This document shows, in pieces, positions 19,396 to 29,496 of a stretch of 64,000 nucleotides of DNA; positions within the stretch are counted from its first letter, which is position 1, and each line of letters begins with the position of its first letter. The DNA comes from Candidatus Bathyarchaeia archaeon (GTDB lineage: Archaea > Thermoproteota > Bathyarchaeia > 40CM-2-53-6): assembly GCA_050013255.1 (NCBI GenBank), contig JBEKFP010000001.1, forward strand, positions 992,001-1,056,000, read 5' to 3'. The notes under the pieces are model-generated. The model did not search any database. It saw nothing but the letters and a program-made list of their open reading frames with translations, and was not told the DNA's origin. Both the position numbers and the translations under genes were made by a program.

Positions 19396-19626
19396 TCAAT
19401 CCTGAAAACCACAAAGAGGCACGGCTACAGAGAGCACAATTATCAGGAAATCAAACCAATGGTTCCTCTGATCAGAACGCGCCTCAAGGCGAGTTACGGA
19501 CGCTTTCGAACCGCCACTTCCCAGAGCGCTTGCATGTTTCCAAACAGTACCAATGCCACAATTTGGGCAAACTCGTATTGGCGTCACCTTTCCACACTTC
19601 TGGCATTCAAATTCTTCGCTCGCCAT
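19396..19626 (-). CDS. Small zinc-ribbon protein or relic (CxxC...CxxC)
   Basis: MASEEFECQKCGKVTPIRVCPNCG from ATG 19626 with GGTGAAGG upstream; overlaps the end of the EamA gene. Confidence 0.4.
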   Translation of the reverse strand: MASEEFECQKCGKVTPIRVCPNCGIGTVWKHASALGSGGSKASVTRLEARSDQRNHWFDFLIIVLSVAVPLCGFQD

Positions 19627-20522
19627 TTTTCCTTCACCGACAGTTTGCATATGAGTGATCCCAGAATCACAAGGAGGCATCCCGCCCACAGATACAATCC
19701 CGTTCCGACTCCAAGGTACGCAGAACCGATAACGATAGATAAGAGGGGAGTAAGATACGACAGCGACGCCACGAGAATCATGTCGCCTCTTCTCATCGCC
19801 GTATCCCAGAACACATAGGCAAGGATCGTAGGGAACACTGCCATATACGCAAGCTCAATGATTGATTGACTAGTCCATTGCGTTGTCTCAGGGAAGAGAA
19901 GCCTCAATCCAGCGAGCATTAGGCCACTTGCGAGAAGGAACAGTGGGACCGCTCCGCTCTCCGCTTCCCTTGTCCACCGTCGCAGCAGGTTTGAGTAAAG
20001 CGCCCAACAAATTGCGGCCACGAACGCCAGGAGGTATGGAAACGAGTTCGCTTCAAGATTCGCAACAAATACTTGCCACGACTCTCCGGCCTCTGCTGCG
20101 GCAAAAAGTACGCCACCAAATGCCAGAAGACATCCAGGAATCAGTGTGGCCCGTGCTCTCCCGCGAAGAATTGGAACTGCCATCACCAGAGTCAGGCTCG
20201 GCCACAAGTAGTTCACGAGTCCCACTTCGAGAACTTGCAGACGACTAGCCGCGGCCCCGATCGCCACATAGAGACACGCCATATATGTGATGAACAAACC
20301 GCCACATCCATAGAGGTAAGCTCTGGAGATGCGATTGATCCCCCGAAACTTGTGAGAGAGGGTGAAGTATGTGCAGGAGACGCCGCCTGCTATCAAGAAG
20401 ATGCAGGAGGCAGCGGTAAGCGTTCCAAGCTTCTCGGCAAGACTCCGCGAGAATGCTATTGTGGAACCCCAAAACAGAATTGCGAGGACGCCCTGAACGG
20501 TGCAACGATTTCGCTCGTTCAC
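19584..20522 (-). CDS. EamA/DMT-family exporter (YddG-like)
   Basis: About 10 TM helices, AILFWGS, EVGLVNYLWP, LAYVFWD, SYLTPLLS. Confidence 0.88.
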   Translation of the reverse strand: MNERNRCTVQGVLAILFWGSTIAFSRSLAEKLGTLTAASCIFLIAGGVSCTYFTLSHKFRGINRISRAYLYGCGGLFITYMACLYVAIGAAASRLQVLEVGLVNYLWPSLTLVMAVPILRGRARATLIPGCLLAFGGVLFAAAEAGESWQVFVANLEANSFPYLLAFVAAICWALYSNLLRRWTREAESGAVPLFLLASGLMLAGLRLLFPETTQWTSQSIIELAYMAVFPTILAYVFWDTAMRRGDMILVASLSYLTPLLSIVIGSAYLGVGTGLYLWAGCLLVILGSLICKLSVKEKWRAKNLNARSVER

Positions 20523-20897
20523 AGAGAATGCCTCATGATCTACCGAGAAATTTTTCTTCTACCTCTACGCTCCCTAGCCTTATTGTCCCTCTTGGCTAGT
20601 GATCTGTCTAAGGTCATTCTTAACTGAATACGAGTAGGTCTGAAAGAAATACCATCGAAGCCTTCTTTCCTTCTAGAGAAATATCGCATAAGAGTTATCA
20701 GTTGCGGTTCAAACTTGAGGCGCCTTAGGTCTGTTAGCACATGCATTTTGTCAGTCGAGAGTCATCGCCTGGTTTGCCAAAATCATATATCCACATGACA
20801 ATTCGAGGAGACGGTACTACTGGATTCAGTTGCCGGGTTAATTCGATGCGGCGCAAACTTCTCGAAGATCGATTGGGCATCAAATTGGGCTGATCTT

Positions 20898-22613
20898 ATG
20901 AATAGCTTGGAATTCGATAATGTGACATTTTCCTACGCGGGAGCAAAGGAACCTGCGCTGAAGGATATCAACCTCAAGATCCCCAAAGGGCAAAGTGTAC
21001 TAATCGCCGGCCCAAACGCCGCCGGCAAGACGACGCTCTGCAGATGCATGAATGGCCTTGTCCCACATTTCTTCATCGGTGACCTCAACGGAAAAGTGAC
21101 AATAAACGGCATCAACAGCAAGCAGTCGGGAATAGGGCAGCTTTCGCAAGTGGCTGGACTAGTGTTTGATGATCCGACTAGTCAGTTGGTGTGCTCAACT
21201 GTTAAAGATGAAGCAGCGTTTGGAGCTGAGAATCTAGGTGTTTCAAGAGAAGAGATCGATAGGAGAGTCACAGACGCTCTTGAGGCTGTCAGACTGATAG
21301 GATATGAGACTAGAATTCCCCAAACCCTGTCGGGAGGCGAACAGCAAGCCATAGCAATAGCGTCCATCATGGTCATGGATCCAGAAATTTTCGTCCTCGA
21401 CGAGCCTACCTCAAATCTTGATCCGATTGGATCTATGCAAGTGCTGTCAATCATAAGCGACTTGGCAAGAAAGCAAGAGAAGACGCTGATCGTAGTCTCT
21501 CACAGCATCGAGCACTTCGTCGACCTAGCTGATAGAATAATAGTGATGAACGAAGGGCGAGTAGTATTAGATGACGCTCCTAAGGAAGTCCTTCAGAAGA
21601 CTGAGCAGCTTCTCGATATGGGTTTGTCCCCTCCTGAGGTAACGACGCTTTTTTCACGGCTTCGTGCAGAAGGCGTTAGTCTAGGCGGGGGTAAGATCCC
21701 CATCAGGTTAGAAGAAGCGTATGGCGCGCTAAAGAATGTGTCAGCCAGAAAGGCTCCGGAACCAAAATCATCAGCTGCTGAGAAACGGGGGGATGTCGTA
21801 ATCGAGGTTAAAGGAGTCGAGTTCAGGTATCCTAGCTCGGATGTATTGGCCCTCAATGGCATAAACATCGAGATCAGAAAGAATGAATTTGTCGCAATCA
21901 TCGGTCAAAACGGCTCTGGGAAGTCAACTCTCGTGAAACACTTCAACGGGTTGTTAAGGCCTAGCGGTGGGACCGTGTCTGTTTATGGACTGGGGACTGC
22001 CAAAACGCCTGTGTGGGAGCTCAGTAAGAGGGTGGGTTATGTCTTCCAAAACCCCGATCTGCAGCTCTTCAATACGACCGTGAGAAATGAGATCGATTTC
22101 TCTCTGAAAGCAATCGGCATGCCGCTTGAGAAGAGGGGCGACGTGGTGGAATCTGTCTCCAAGCGACTGAACATACAACAGTATTTGGATACGAGTCCGG
22201 GCACCCTGGACAAGGGGGGAAGACAGCGAGTTGCTATTGCAGCGATATTGGCAATGAACCCCGACATTTTTGTGATCGATGAACCCACAACAGGGCAGGA
22301 TCCAGCGCACAGCAGACAAGTAATGAACATAGCACGTGAGCTTCACTCTGAAGGAAAGACCATTGTCTTCATCACGCACAACATGGAGATTGTGGCCGAG
22401 TATGCACCACGAGGAATCATAATGTTTCATGGACGCGTGCTGTACGACGGGCCTGTGAGGCAACTATTTCAGCAAACCGAAGTTCTCAAGGAATCGTTCT
22501 TAGAAGCACCCCAGATGGTGCGCCTCGCACATATGCTGAGGAATCAGGGATTCCCGTCAACGCTACTAACAGTGGAAGAAATGGGTGAATTCATAAAGCA
22601 AAACGTTGGTTGA
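20898..22613 (+). CDS. ECF transporter ATPase with fused duplicated NBDs
   Basis: GPNAAGKT, LSGGEQQ, LDEPTSNLD, GQNGSGKS, GYVFQNPD, DEPTTGQD. Confidence 0.92.
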   Translation: MNSLEFDNVTFSYAGAKEPALKDINLKIPKGQSVLIAGPNAAGKTTLCRCMNGLVPHFFIGDLNGKVTINGINSKQSGIGQLSQVAGLVFDDPTSQLVCSTVKDEAAFGAENLGVSREEIDRRVTDALEAVRLIGYETRIPQTLSGGEQQAIAIASIMVMDPEIFVLDEPTSNLDPIGSMQVLSIISDLARKQEKTLIVVSHSIEHFVDLADRIIVMNEGRVVLDDAPKEVLQKTEQLLDMGLSPPEVTTLFSRLRAEGVSLGGGKIPIRLEEAYGALKNVSARKAPEPKSSAAEKRGDVVIEVKGVEFRYPSSDVLALNGINIEIRKNEFVAIIGQNGSGKSTLVKHFNGLLRPSGGTVSVYGLGTAKTPVWELSKRVGYVFQNPDLQLFNTTVRNEIDFSLKAIGMPLEKRGDVVESVSKRLNIQQYLDTSPGTLDKGGRQRVAIAAILAMNPDIFVIDEPTTGQDPAHSRQVMNIARELHSEGKTIVFITHNMEIVAEYAPRGIIMFHGRVLYDGPVRQLFQQTEVLKESFLEAPQMVRLAHMLRNQGFPSTLLTVEEMGEFIKQNVG

Positions 22614-23479
22614 CAGTTATGGGGCTAAGAATAGAAGTTATACCGGGTGAATCGTTCCTTCACAAGTTGGATGCTCGGCCTAAATTCCTGCTTTTCCTGC
22701 TCATCACGGTCATTGTGATTTATTTCACGGACCCTATCTACGTCGGCGCAATAATGCTAGCCGTACTCCTATTGACTCGCGCGTGCAATATTTCGATACG
22801 CAAAACTGGAGTAATAGTCAAAGCAAGCAGTCCACTTTTGATTATGTACGGTCTCATCAACGTCGTGCTGGGGCCAGCTAATACTTTAGCCGCTAAGACT
22901 CCCTCGAACATACTGTTCTATCTTATGCCCGTCATGAACTGGTTCCCTGTCACGCCTCAGGGTATTGTGCAATCAGTCGCTATATGCATCAGATACGCAA
23001 TCGTCGTCTACTTGTTACAGCTAGTTCTCTTCACAACCCCAGTCGTCGACATTGTACTGGCCCTCGTAAAGTGGAAGTTCCCATCGTCGCTAGCTCTGGG
23101 AACCAGCATTGGGTTCAACTTTGTTCCAGTGTTCATGAACACAGCTGCATCAATAATGGATGCGCAAGCATGCAGAGGGTGGAAGGGACTGAAATCGGGT
23201 AATCTCGCCGACAGAGTAAGAGCACTTCCCGTACTGCTAGTGCCATTGTTCCTTCACGGAATCGAAAGTGCACAGAAAATCGCCGTTGCAATCGAGGCTA
23301 AGGGATTCGGATACAACTTGGCAAAGAGAACTTACAGCCGGGAAATACGGCTCAGAACCATTGACTACGTCACACTCGCTGTTGAGTGCATCATCTTTGT
23401 AGTGTCAACGATACTGTACTACACAGGATACGGCACATACATGTTCACCTACTCGCTCTTGTCAGGGCTAAGACTGTGA
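22610..23479 (+). CDS. ecfT: ECF transporter transmembrane T component
   Basis: SFLHKLDARPK, FTTP, AQACRG, AIEAKGF. Confidence 0.88.
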   Translation: MTVMGLRIEVIPGESFLHKLDARPKFLLFLLITVIVIYFTDPIYVGAIMLAVLLLTRACNISIRKTGVIVKASSPLLIMYGLINVVLGPANTLAAKTPSNILFYLMPVMNWFPVTPQGIVQSVAICIRYAIVVYLLQLVLFTTPVVDIVLALVKWKFPSSLALGTSIGFNFVPVFMNTAASIMDAQACRGWKGLKSGNLADRVRALPVLLVPLFLHGIESAQKIAVAIEAKGFGYNLAKRTYSREIRLRTIDYVTLAVECIIFVVSTILYYTGYGTYMFTYSLLSGLRL

Positions 23480-23531
23480 TGCGAGCTGTAGAAAATTCGG
23501 CCGAACTAAATATCTGAAGAAAAGTAAGTTC

Positions 23532-23545
23532 GAAAGTGTTAAGTA
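23532..23545 (+). promoter_or_regulatory. Internal BRE+TATA-like promoter (GAAAGTGTTAAGTA) ahead of the S component
   Basis: Same GAA(A/G)GTGTTAA core as upstream of two APC permeases; about 33 nt before ATG 23578. Confidence 0.45.
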
Positions 23546-23577
23546 CCCTAGAAAGTAATCGAGCCCTTCTGATTATT

Positions 23578-24096
23578 ATGCCCATATTCAAAACGAAAGA
23601 AGAACGAGGTTCGATTTGGGCGTTCGGCTCACTTCAAATCGGCTATGCGGCAGCCTTCGGTGGTCTTGCGTTTGCACTTAGGGCTCTAGGTATCGGTATT
23701 CCTATAGCGCCGGGAATGTTGATGGATGCCAGAGATGTTGTGGCAATAGTCGGTCCAGCTTTTTCTGGACTGGCCGGTGCCATTATCATCGGAATCCTTG
23801 CAGCTCTCCCATCAGCCGTCTTCAGCGTGCAATGTTACGTACCGCTTACCATGATGCACTCACTTGTGTTTCGATACTTGAAGTGGCCATGGTACCACGT
23901 TATCAATAGCATTCTCCTATTGACTGTCTACCCCACTTGGTGGGCAGTATGGTACCAGATATTCGGATTCATTCCCAACTTCTGGGTAGCTTTCGCGTCT
24001 AACCTGATAGCAGACGCAGTCTACATTCCGTCCAACATAATCTTGATTGAGATCCTCAGAAGATACAGTCCAGCGGCGAAGCGCATCATAGGCTAG
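23578..24096 (+). CDS. Probable ECF substrate-specific S component of unknown specificity
   Basis: About 170 aa, 5-6 TM, AAAFGGLAF (AxxxA-like), follows ecfT. Confidence 0.7.
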   Translation: MPIFKTKEERGSIWAFGSLQIGYAAAFGGLAFALRALGIGIPIAPGMLMDARDVVAIVGPAFSGLAGAIIIGILAALPSAVFSVQCYVPLTMMHSLVFRYLKWPWYHVINSILLLTVYPTWWAVWYQIFGFIPNFWVAFASNLIADAVYIPSNIILIEILRRYSPAAKRIIG

Positions 24097-24111
24097 GAGG
24101 AGGCAAGAAGA

Positions 24112-24330
24112 ATGGACAAGAAATATGGACCACTTGCCGTATTGGCCATGATACTAGTGATCGCGATCGCTTGGAGCGTATACTTCCAAGCGGCTCCTCC
24201 ACGAATTCTTCCGAAGTATTTCGGGATCGCACAAGGCTCCCTTGAATCTCTGATAGTACTCATCATATTGGTAGTCGTCGTCATAGCGATAGGCTACGCA
24301 GTCAGTCGAAAACGAAATAAGACGAAATAA
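24112..24330 (+). CDS. Small two-TM membrane protein
   Basis: Strong GGAGGAGG RBS, two hydrophobic helices, basic C-terminus. Confidence 0.7.
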   Translation: MDKKYGPLAVLAMILVIAIAWSVYFQAAPPRILPKYFGIAQGSLESLIVLIILVVVVIAIGYAVSRKRNKTK

Positions 24331-24455
24331 GACTCTGATCCACCCGATACATAGGAGATTCCTGTTGCCGCGAGACTAGGCAGACAGCTGCCCAGTCTTC
24401 TGGTTCGCTTTGTCGCCTGGACTCCTAAGTGCAACTTTCGGCGAACTAAAGGTGA

Positions 24456-25688
24456 TTATAGCTTCCTCACGTAGTTCTTTCCATCTTTCATTATGAGAAG
24501 AAGTTTAGATTGGTCCTGCAAAATCGTGATATCTTCCAGAGGGTTCCCATCAACAACCAGTAGGTCTGCTAGTTTTCCAGGTTCCAAAGTTCCAACCTTA
24601 GCATTTACTCGGCAGGCTTCAGACGAAATCTTAGTTGCAGCAACTATCGCCTGCATAGGCGTATATCCATACCGCACCATGAGCTCCAGCTCGCGAGCGT
24701 TCTTTCCGTGCATCCAATCTTCAATGTTGTCGGTACCAGCAGCCATCTTGACTCCTGCGGCCGCAGCCTTGCGGAAACTTTCAAAATGATTCCGCGCCAC
24801 TACTTCAACCTTTGAGCGAGCGAACTGGCTTAGGCCAAATTTGTCCGCTTGATTGGCGAGCGCGTCGATTGCCGTCAAAGTGGGAACCAGATAGGTCCCT
24901 CTTTCAATGAGCATGCGAATTGCTTCATCATCTAGCATACTTCCGTGTTCTACAGACCACACTCCGGCGAGAATAGCGTTCTTTATCCCCCGATTTCCTT
25001 CGGCATGCGCCATAACTGCTTTGCCGCGAGCTGAGGCCTCGTACACTATGGTCTTCAACTCTTCCATGGTCCATTCGGTGTACTCTGGCAGATCAGAGGG
25101 AGATGTAATTCCCCCGGTCGTACAGACTTTGATAAAGTCGAATCCTTTGCGCAGGATTCGTCTGGCGGCCAATTGAACCGCAGGCACTCCGTCAGCGAAC
25201 TCTGGACTGACAGTAAATCCCTCAGAGAACGGCAGTTCAATGTCGCGAGGATAGTAACCATCCAGGTGCCCGCCAGTTTGCGCAATCGCACCTGCCATGA
25301 CTAGTCGGGGGCCTTCGGTAATGCCCATCTCAACCGCCTGTCGAAAGCCAACATCGTTGGGCCCACAAGCGTCACGGAGAGTCGTTATGCCCGCATGAAG
25401 TGTGCGTTTCAGTATCTCTGCGCACTTCAATACCTCTAAGGAGTTAGGAACAAACAATCTCTTCTCGAGGCTTTGGCTGATCATCAACATATGGCAATGT
25501 GCGTCAAATATGCCAGGCAGAACAGTTTTCCCAGTAGCCTCAATGACCTCAGAGCCAGAGGGAACAGCAACTTTCGAGGCATCGCCGACACTCGCGATTT
25601 TTCCATCATTCCCAACAAGTATGACGCCGTTCTTAATTGGTTGGCCGCCTTTGCCATCAATCAGAAGCCCAGCTTTAATGGTTATCAC
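24456..25688 (-). CDS. Amidohydrolase (Xaa-Pro dipeptidase-like metal-dependent hydrolase)
   Basis: PGIFDAHCH, GITTLRD, TGGH, IKVCTTGG, AHAEG, EHG, AGTD, GKLADL. Confidence 0.9.
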   Translation of the reverse strand: MITIKAGLLIDGKGGQPIKNGVILVGNDGKIASVGDASKVAVPSGSEVIEATGKTVLPGIFDAHCHMLMISQSLEKRLFVPNSLEVLKCAEILKRTLHAGITTLRDACGPNDVGFRQAVEMGITEGPRLVMAGAIAQTGGHLDGYYPRDIELPFSEGFTVSPEFADGVPAVQLAARRILRKGFDFIKVCTTGGITSPSDLPEYTEWTMEELKTIVYEASARGKAVMAHAEGNRGIKNAILAGVWSVEHGSMLDDEAIRMLIERGTYLVPTLTAIDALANQADKFGLSQFARSKVEVVARNHFESFRKAAAAGVKMAAGTDNIEDWMHGKNARELELMVRYGYTPMQAIVAATKISSEACRVNAKVGTLEPGKLADLLVVDGNPLEDITILQDQSKLLLIMKDGKNYVRKL

Positions 25689-26011
25689 TGTGACCGACCT
25701 CAGTCTACTCTTCTCGAATCTTCTATTAACAGTTCTGTACTATTGCCAACTTCTAGATGAACACCGCACGACGGGACATTATCTTGGCGGGCATTGGTCA
25801 ATTCCCGCAGTCCACTCTAGTCTTTGTTACCGCGGGTTATGCGAGGACCGGCAGGGGCGCTCATCCTCCTCAAGAGACATGCAATGTGCCAATAACTAAC
25901 TAACTATAACTTCCACTGTGGCTTTATCATGACAGGTAGCGCGACTTAGTGATGAAGATAATCGGTCCTCGCAAAGCCCTAACATGAGTTTGGTCGCGCT
26001 TACGAACACTC

Positions 26012-26785
26012 CTAGTCCAGTTTGCTTAGTTCAAGTAAGAAATCGCAAAATCTCTCTACCAAACCGTCAACTATCTTGGTTCCCTTTTCTTTATTCCCCC
26101 TCGTGGCGTAACCTATCGTGCCGCTATTAGTTATCTCTTTGAAACTTGGTAAACCGAAACCGCTTACCTTGGGCGGGGCAGCATAGTGATCGTATTTGAT
26201 GAACGAGGATTCCGTCTTAGGTACTTCATCCGTCGCGGCAGCCATCACAACTCGCTGATCTAGGCCCAACGCCAGGGACGTCTCGTGTTCATCAGCGTGA
26301 AAAACAGGGCGTCCACACGTCTTGTCTATAATGTCGGATCCTATTTCCCAGTAGCCTGTTTGATAGAGGCGTGCCTTTGTCTCAAGCGTGAGTTCGCTTA
26401 TGACTATTTGTAATGCAGGGGTATTGCCACCATGGCCATTGATAATGACTATCTTTCTGAATCCGTGACTAATTAGACTCCGACAGACATCCTTCATTAA
26501 CTCAATGAATGTTTCGGTTCTCAGACTTATCGTCCCTGGAAAACCCATGTGATGCGGAGAAATCCCGTAAGGAATCGTTGGACACACAACCACCTGAACT
26601 TTATCTCTCAGTCTTAGCGCGACAAGCTTTGAAATCTCAGTGGCCGTGTAGTGGTCGTTATCCACGGGTAGATGCCTGCCATGCTGTTCCGTCGAACCCA
26701 CGGGAACGATCGCGATATTCGTCTTCTGTAGGGCATCACTTACTTCAGGCCAAGTTAGCTTGGACAAACGATACTCTTTTGACAT
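26012..26785 (-). CDS. Creatininase / mycofactocin peptidase-family amidohydrolase
   Basis: PVGSTEQHGRHLP.DND, GISPHH..FPGT, NGHGGN, HADEHETS. Confidence 0.92.
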   Translation of the reverse strand: MSKEYRLSKLTWPEVSDALQKTNIAIVPVGSTEQHGRHLPVDNDHYTATEISKLVALRLRDKVQVVVCPTIPYGISPHHMGFPGTISLRTETFIELMKDVCRSLISHGFRKIVIINGHGGNTPALQIVISELTLETKARLYQTGYWEIGSDIIDKTCGRPVFHADEHETSLALGLDQRVVMAAATDEVPKTESSFIKYDHYAAPPKVSGFGLPSFKEITNSGTIGYATRGNKEKGTKIVDGLVERFCDFLLELSKLD

Positions 26786-26849
26786 AACGAAGGAATGCCG
26801 TAAGCTTGGTAGTATAACACGGCACCCGTTTGCGAGACTGAGAAGCAGT

Positions 26850-26957
26850 CACAGCGTTATTATCAGCGCGCAGTACGTGCTCGCATATTTTCACAGCAGC
26901 AGTGACATGGGTCTTGTGCAGACCAAACTGCCAACCCAATTTCAGGTTCTCTAATGG
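26850..26957 (-). pseudogene. Short relic resembling a class III aminotransferase (HemL-like) segment
   Basis: LENLKLGWQFGL...AVKICEHVLRAD resembles TENGWHFGL...SETITKNVPSAE in the 18328 hemL fragment. Confidence 0.35.
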
Positions 26958-27214
26958 GAAACGATTTCAGTGATTCGCGGCTCTCTTGGGGTCTTCCTAC
27001 CCAAATCCTGTTAGAGACACAAACACAGATTCGTTTGCCTTGCTCCATCCGTGGCTAGGAACTCTCGAACGTATTTGTAGGGTCCGAGTCTGTGGAGAAC
27101 GTGCCACATCGGAACGTTCACGATGATAGGCTTGTGTATGGGACCTCTTTTCCATCATGGCCTACAGCAAATGAAAATAGCACGGCCGTTCATTCATGAA
27201 TTGGTTTTTATGAA

Positions 27215-28363
27215 ATGATTCGAATTGATGCCAAACAAATCTTGGATTTGCTCAAGCAGTTAGTCAGAACACCAAGCGTCAACCCCGCCATAGATCACAG
27301 TCAGGATGAGGGAGCGATTGCGGACTTGATCGCCAAATGGTTCAGAAAGACTGGTCGCTTCAGCGTCTATGAGCAGAAGGTTGCCAAAGGGAGATTCAAT
27401 GTTGTGGCCATTCTCAGAGGGACGGGTCGTGGAAGAAGCCTGATGTTGAATGGTCATATGGACACCGTTGGCACAGTCGGGATGACCGTGAAGCCCTTCA
27501 CTCCCTCCATCGTGAACGGTAAATTGTTCGGCCGAGGTTCATGCGACATGAAAGGATCCATAGCCGCGATGATTGGTGCCATGGCGGCGCTGGCCGCTTC
27601 CAATAGGAAATTGGCGGGAGACGTACTGTTCACAGGAGTTGTTGACGAGGAGTATATGAGCATAGGAACTTCTGAACTCATTAAACGGTTCCGAGCTGAC
27701 GCCGCAGTCGTGGGTGAGCCCACAAACATGAACATCGGCGTCGCCCACAAAGGATACGCGTGGCTGGAGGTTGAAACTATTGGCAAACCCGCTCACGGAT
27801 CGATGCCGGAGAAGGGTATCGATGCAATTGAAAAGATGGCGCTACTCATCAGTCTCCTTGGTTCGATTCGCAGGAAGTACAATCTCAATAGGCATCCCCT
27901 CCTCGGAGTAGCTAGCATTCACACATCGACGATCACTGGTGGCTCGGATTGGAGCACCGTCCCCGCAAGATGCGTGTTGGATCTTGAACGAAGACTGCTT
28001 CCCGGTGAAGACCCTCAAGATCCTGTCGAGGAGCTGCGAAAGGCCATCAAGGAATGTTCACGGCGAGACAAAAGCCTCAAGGCTACCGTCCGGCTGATTC
28101 ATCACGCGGACCCGATGCAAATCAATGATGCTCCTCACATTTCGATCCTGAAGAAGAATCTGAGTGGACTAGGTCGGATAGTCGGTGTCCCGTATTGGAC
28201 TGATGGTTCCATTCTTTGGAACCGGGCTGAAATCCCAACCTGCCTTTTTGGTCCAGGAGATATCGCCGTAGCTCATGGGCCTGCCGAACATGTCAAAATA
28301 GAAGATGTCCTCAGGGCTGCGCGCGTCTATGCTGAGACAGCAGCTGCTTACTGCATCGCGTAA
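27215..28363 (+). CDS. M20-family (ArgE/DapE-like) deacylase
   Basis: LNGHMDTV, GRGSCDMKG, VDEE, VGEPT, GKPAHGS, FGPG...AHGPAE. Confidence 0.92.
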   Translation: MIRIDAKQILDLLKQLVRTPSVNPAIDHSQDEGAIADLIAKWFRKTGRFSVYEQKVAKGRFNVVAILRGTGRGRSLMLNGHMDTVGTVGMTVKPFTPSIVNGKLFGRGSCDMKGSIAAMIGAMAALAASNRKLAGDVLFTGVVDEEYMSIGTSELIKRFRADAAVVGEPTNMNIGVAHKGYAWLEVETIGKPAHGSMPEKGIDAIEKMALLISLLGSIRRKYNLNRHPLLGVASIHTSTITGGSDWSTVPARCVLDLERRLLPGEDPQDPVEELRKAIKECSRRDKSLKATVRLIHHADPMQINDAPHISILKKNLSGLGRIVGVPYWTDGSILWNRAEIPTCLFGPGDIAVAHGPAEHVKIEDVLRAARVYAETAAAYCIA

Positions 28364-28415
28364 ATCATTATGGCTAGACGACGTTTTCTTCAGTCTTTAG
28401 TAAGTCGGTGTCTGT

Positions 28416-29363
28416 CTAGCCCTCAACTTTCCAGAACTGCTTTAAGCCTTGATCGGCAAATTCTATTATGAATCCCCGCAAAACATTCTCGCCGTATTCG
28501 GAACCAGGGTTAATGACTGGAGTCTTGCCAATTTTATCGGTTCCGGCAGATTCATGAATGTGACCGTGCAGCCCTATCATGGGCTGATACTTCTTTATCG
28601 CCTCCCTAACGGCCTTGCTGCCCACGTGTTCCGTTTGAACGCCGCCGGGACCCATAATTGGGGAGAGATCTTTCTTGAGTTTAGGCGCCATGTCAAGATT
28701 CGTGCCATATGGCGGCGGATGAATGTTGAATATGGACTTCGATGGATTCGAGAGCTTGGCGACTAATTCATCAATCTTCTTGCCTAATTGCTTCTCTTCG
28801 AGTTCTCTTGGCGAATTCCAGGGGGTTGGATTTGAATCCGCCAAGCTGATGGTTTCAAAACCGGCGAGTTCAACGACCTTATCAAGTGAGTATACGATGC
28901 CGCGATCTTCGTAGGATCGGATTACGTCGTCTATGGCAAGTGGGTCGTCGTTACCCGGCATCACTAGGACCCGTGTCTTCTTTACGTCGATCTTGTCGAG
29001 CAGGAGATCCAGCCACTCCCTCAATCGTGCCTTGATTAGTTCCGTAATGGTTTCCTCAACCTTTCTCTGATTGACTTTGAACTCCTCAATCTCCGCAGGA
29101 GTGCATTCAATCACGTACGGGCCCCCCTTCTCGAGTGAATCTTTGACCTCTTGAACTTCAGCGTCAGTAGTCAGTGTCCGCGTTACGCCGTAGGTTAGAA
29201 GTCGAGTACCGTCATTCTGCTTTGTGAGCGGAATAAGGATCTTTCCTGTCAAATCCCCGCAAAACATCAGTATATCGACATTGTACATTCCCGGGGTTCT
29301 CAACCATTTCTTCCAGGTGCCTGTCGCGCCATGGACATCTACAGAGAAGAAGGCCTTGGTCAT
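28416..29363 (-). CDS. Icc-related calcineurin-like metallophosphoesterase, copy 1
   Basis: DVHG, GDLTGK, PGNDD, NPTPW..PRE, HPPPYG, HGHIHES, NPGSEY. Confidence 0.88.
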   Translation of the reverse strand: MTKAFFSVDVHGATGTWKKWLRTPGMYNVDILMFCGDLTGKILIPLTKQNDGTRLLTYGVTRTLTTDAEVQEVKDSLEKGGPYVIECTPAEIEEFKVNQRKVEETITELIKARLREWLDLLLDKIDVKKTRVLVMPGNDDPLAIDDVIRSYEDRGIVYSLDKVVELAGFETISLADSNPTPWNSPRELEEKQLGKKIDELVAKLSNPSKSIFNIHPPPYGTNLDMAPKLKKDLSPIMGPGGVQTEHVGSKAVREAIKKYQPMIGLHGHIHESAGTDKIGKTPVINPGSEYGENVLRGFIIEFADQGLKQFWKVEG

Positions 29364-29464
29364 CTCAATCGATCAACTACTTCCTAAGCGAACCTGCCGG
29401 AAAGAGTAATACATTGTCTACGTACGGTAATTAGACTAAATTGAATGTCGAACACATCGGAAAC

Positions 29465-29486
29465 AAAAAAGGGGCCAGGAAGACCC
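29465..29486 (-). terminator. Hairpin plus T6 terminator after the APC permease
   Basis: Minus strand GGGTC-TTCCT-GGCCC-CTTTTTT immediately after the stop at 29497. Confidence 0.5.
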
Positions 29487-29496
29487 ATTGCCGCGC

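Noticed and set aside
19213-19818. Pyrrolysine-type readthrough of the TAG at 19279
   Set aside because: No pyl genes or methyltransferase context, the downstream frame overlaps a real antisense gene, and the region is visibly decayed.
20540-20746. 68-aa basic ORF upstream of the EamA gene
   Set aside because: No motif or convincing RBS; probably intergenic.
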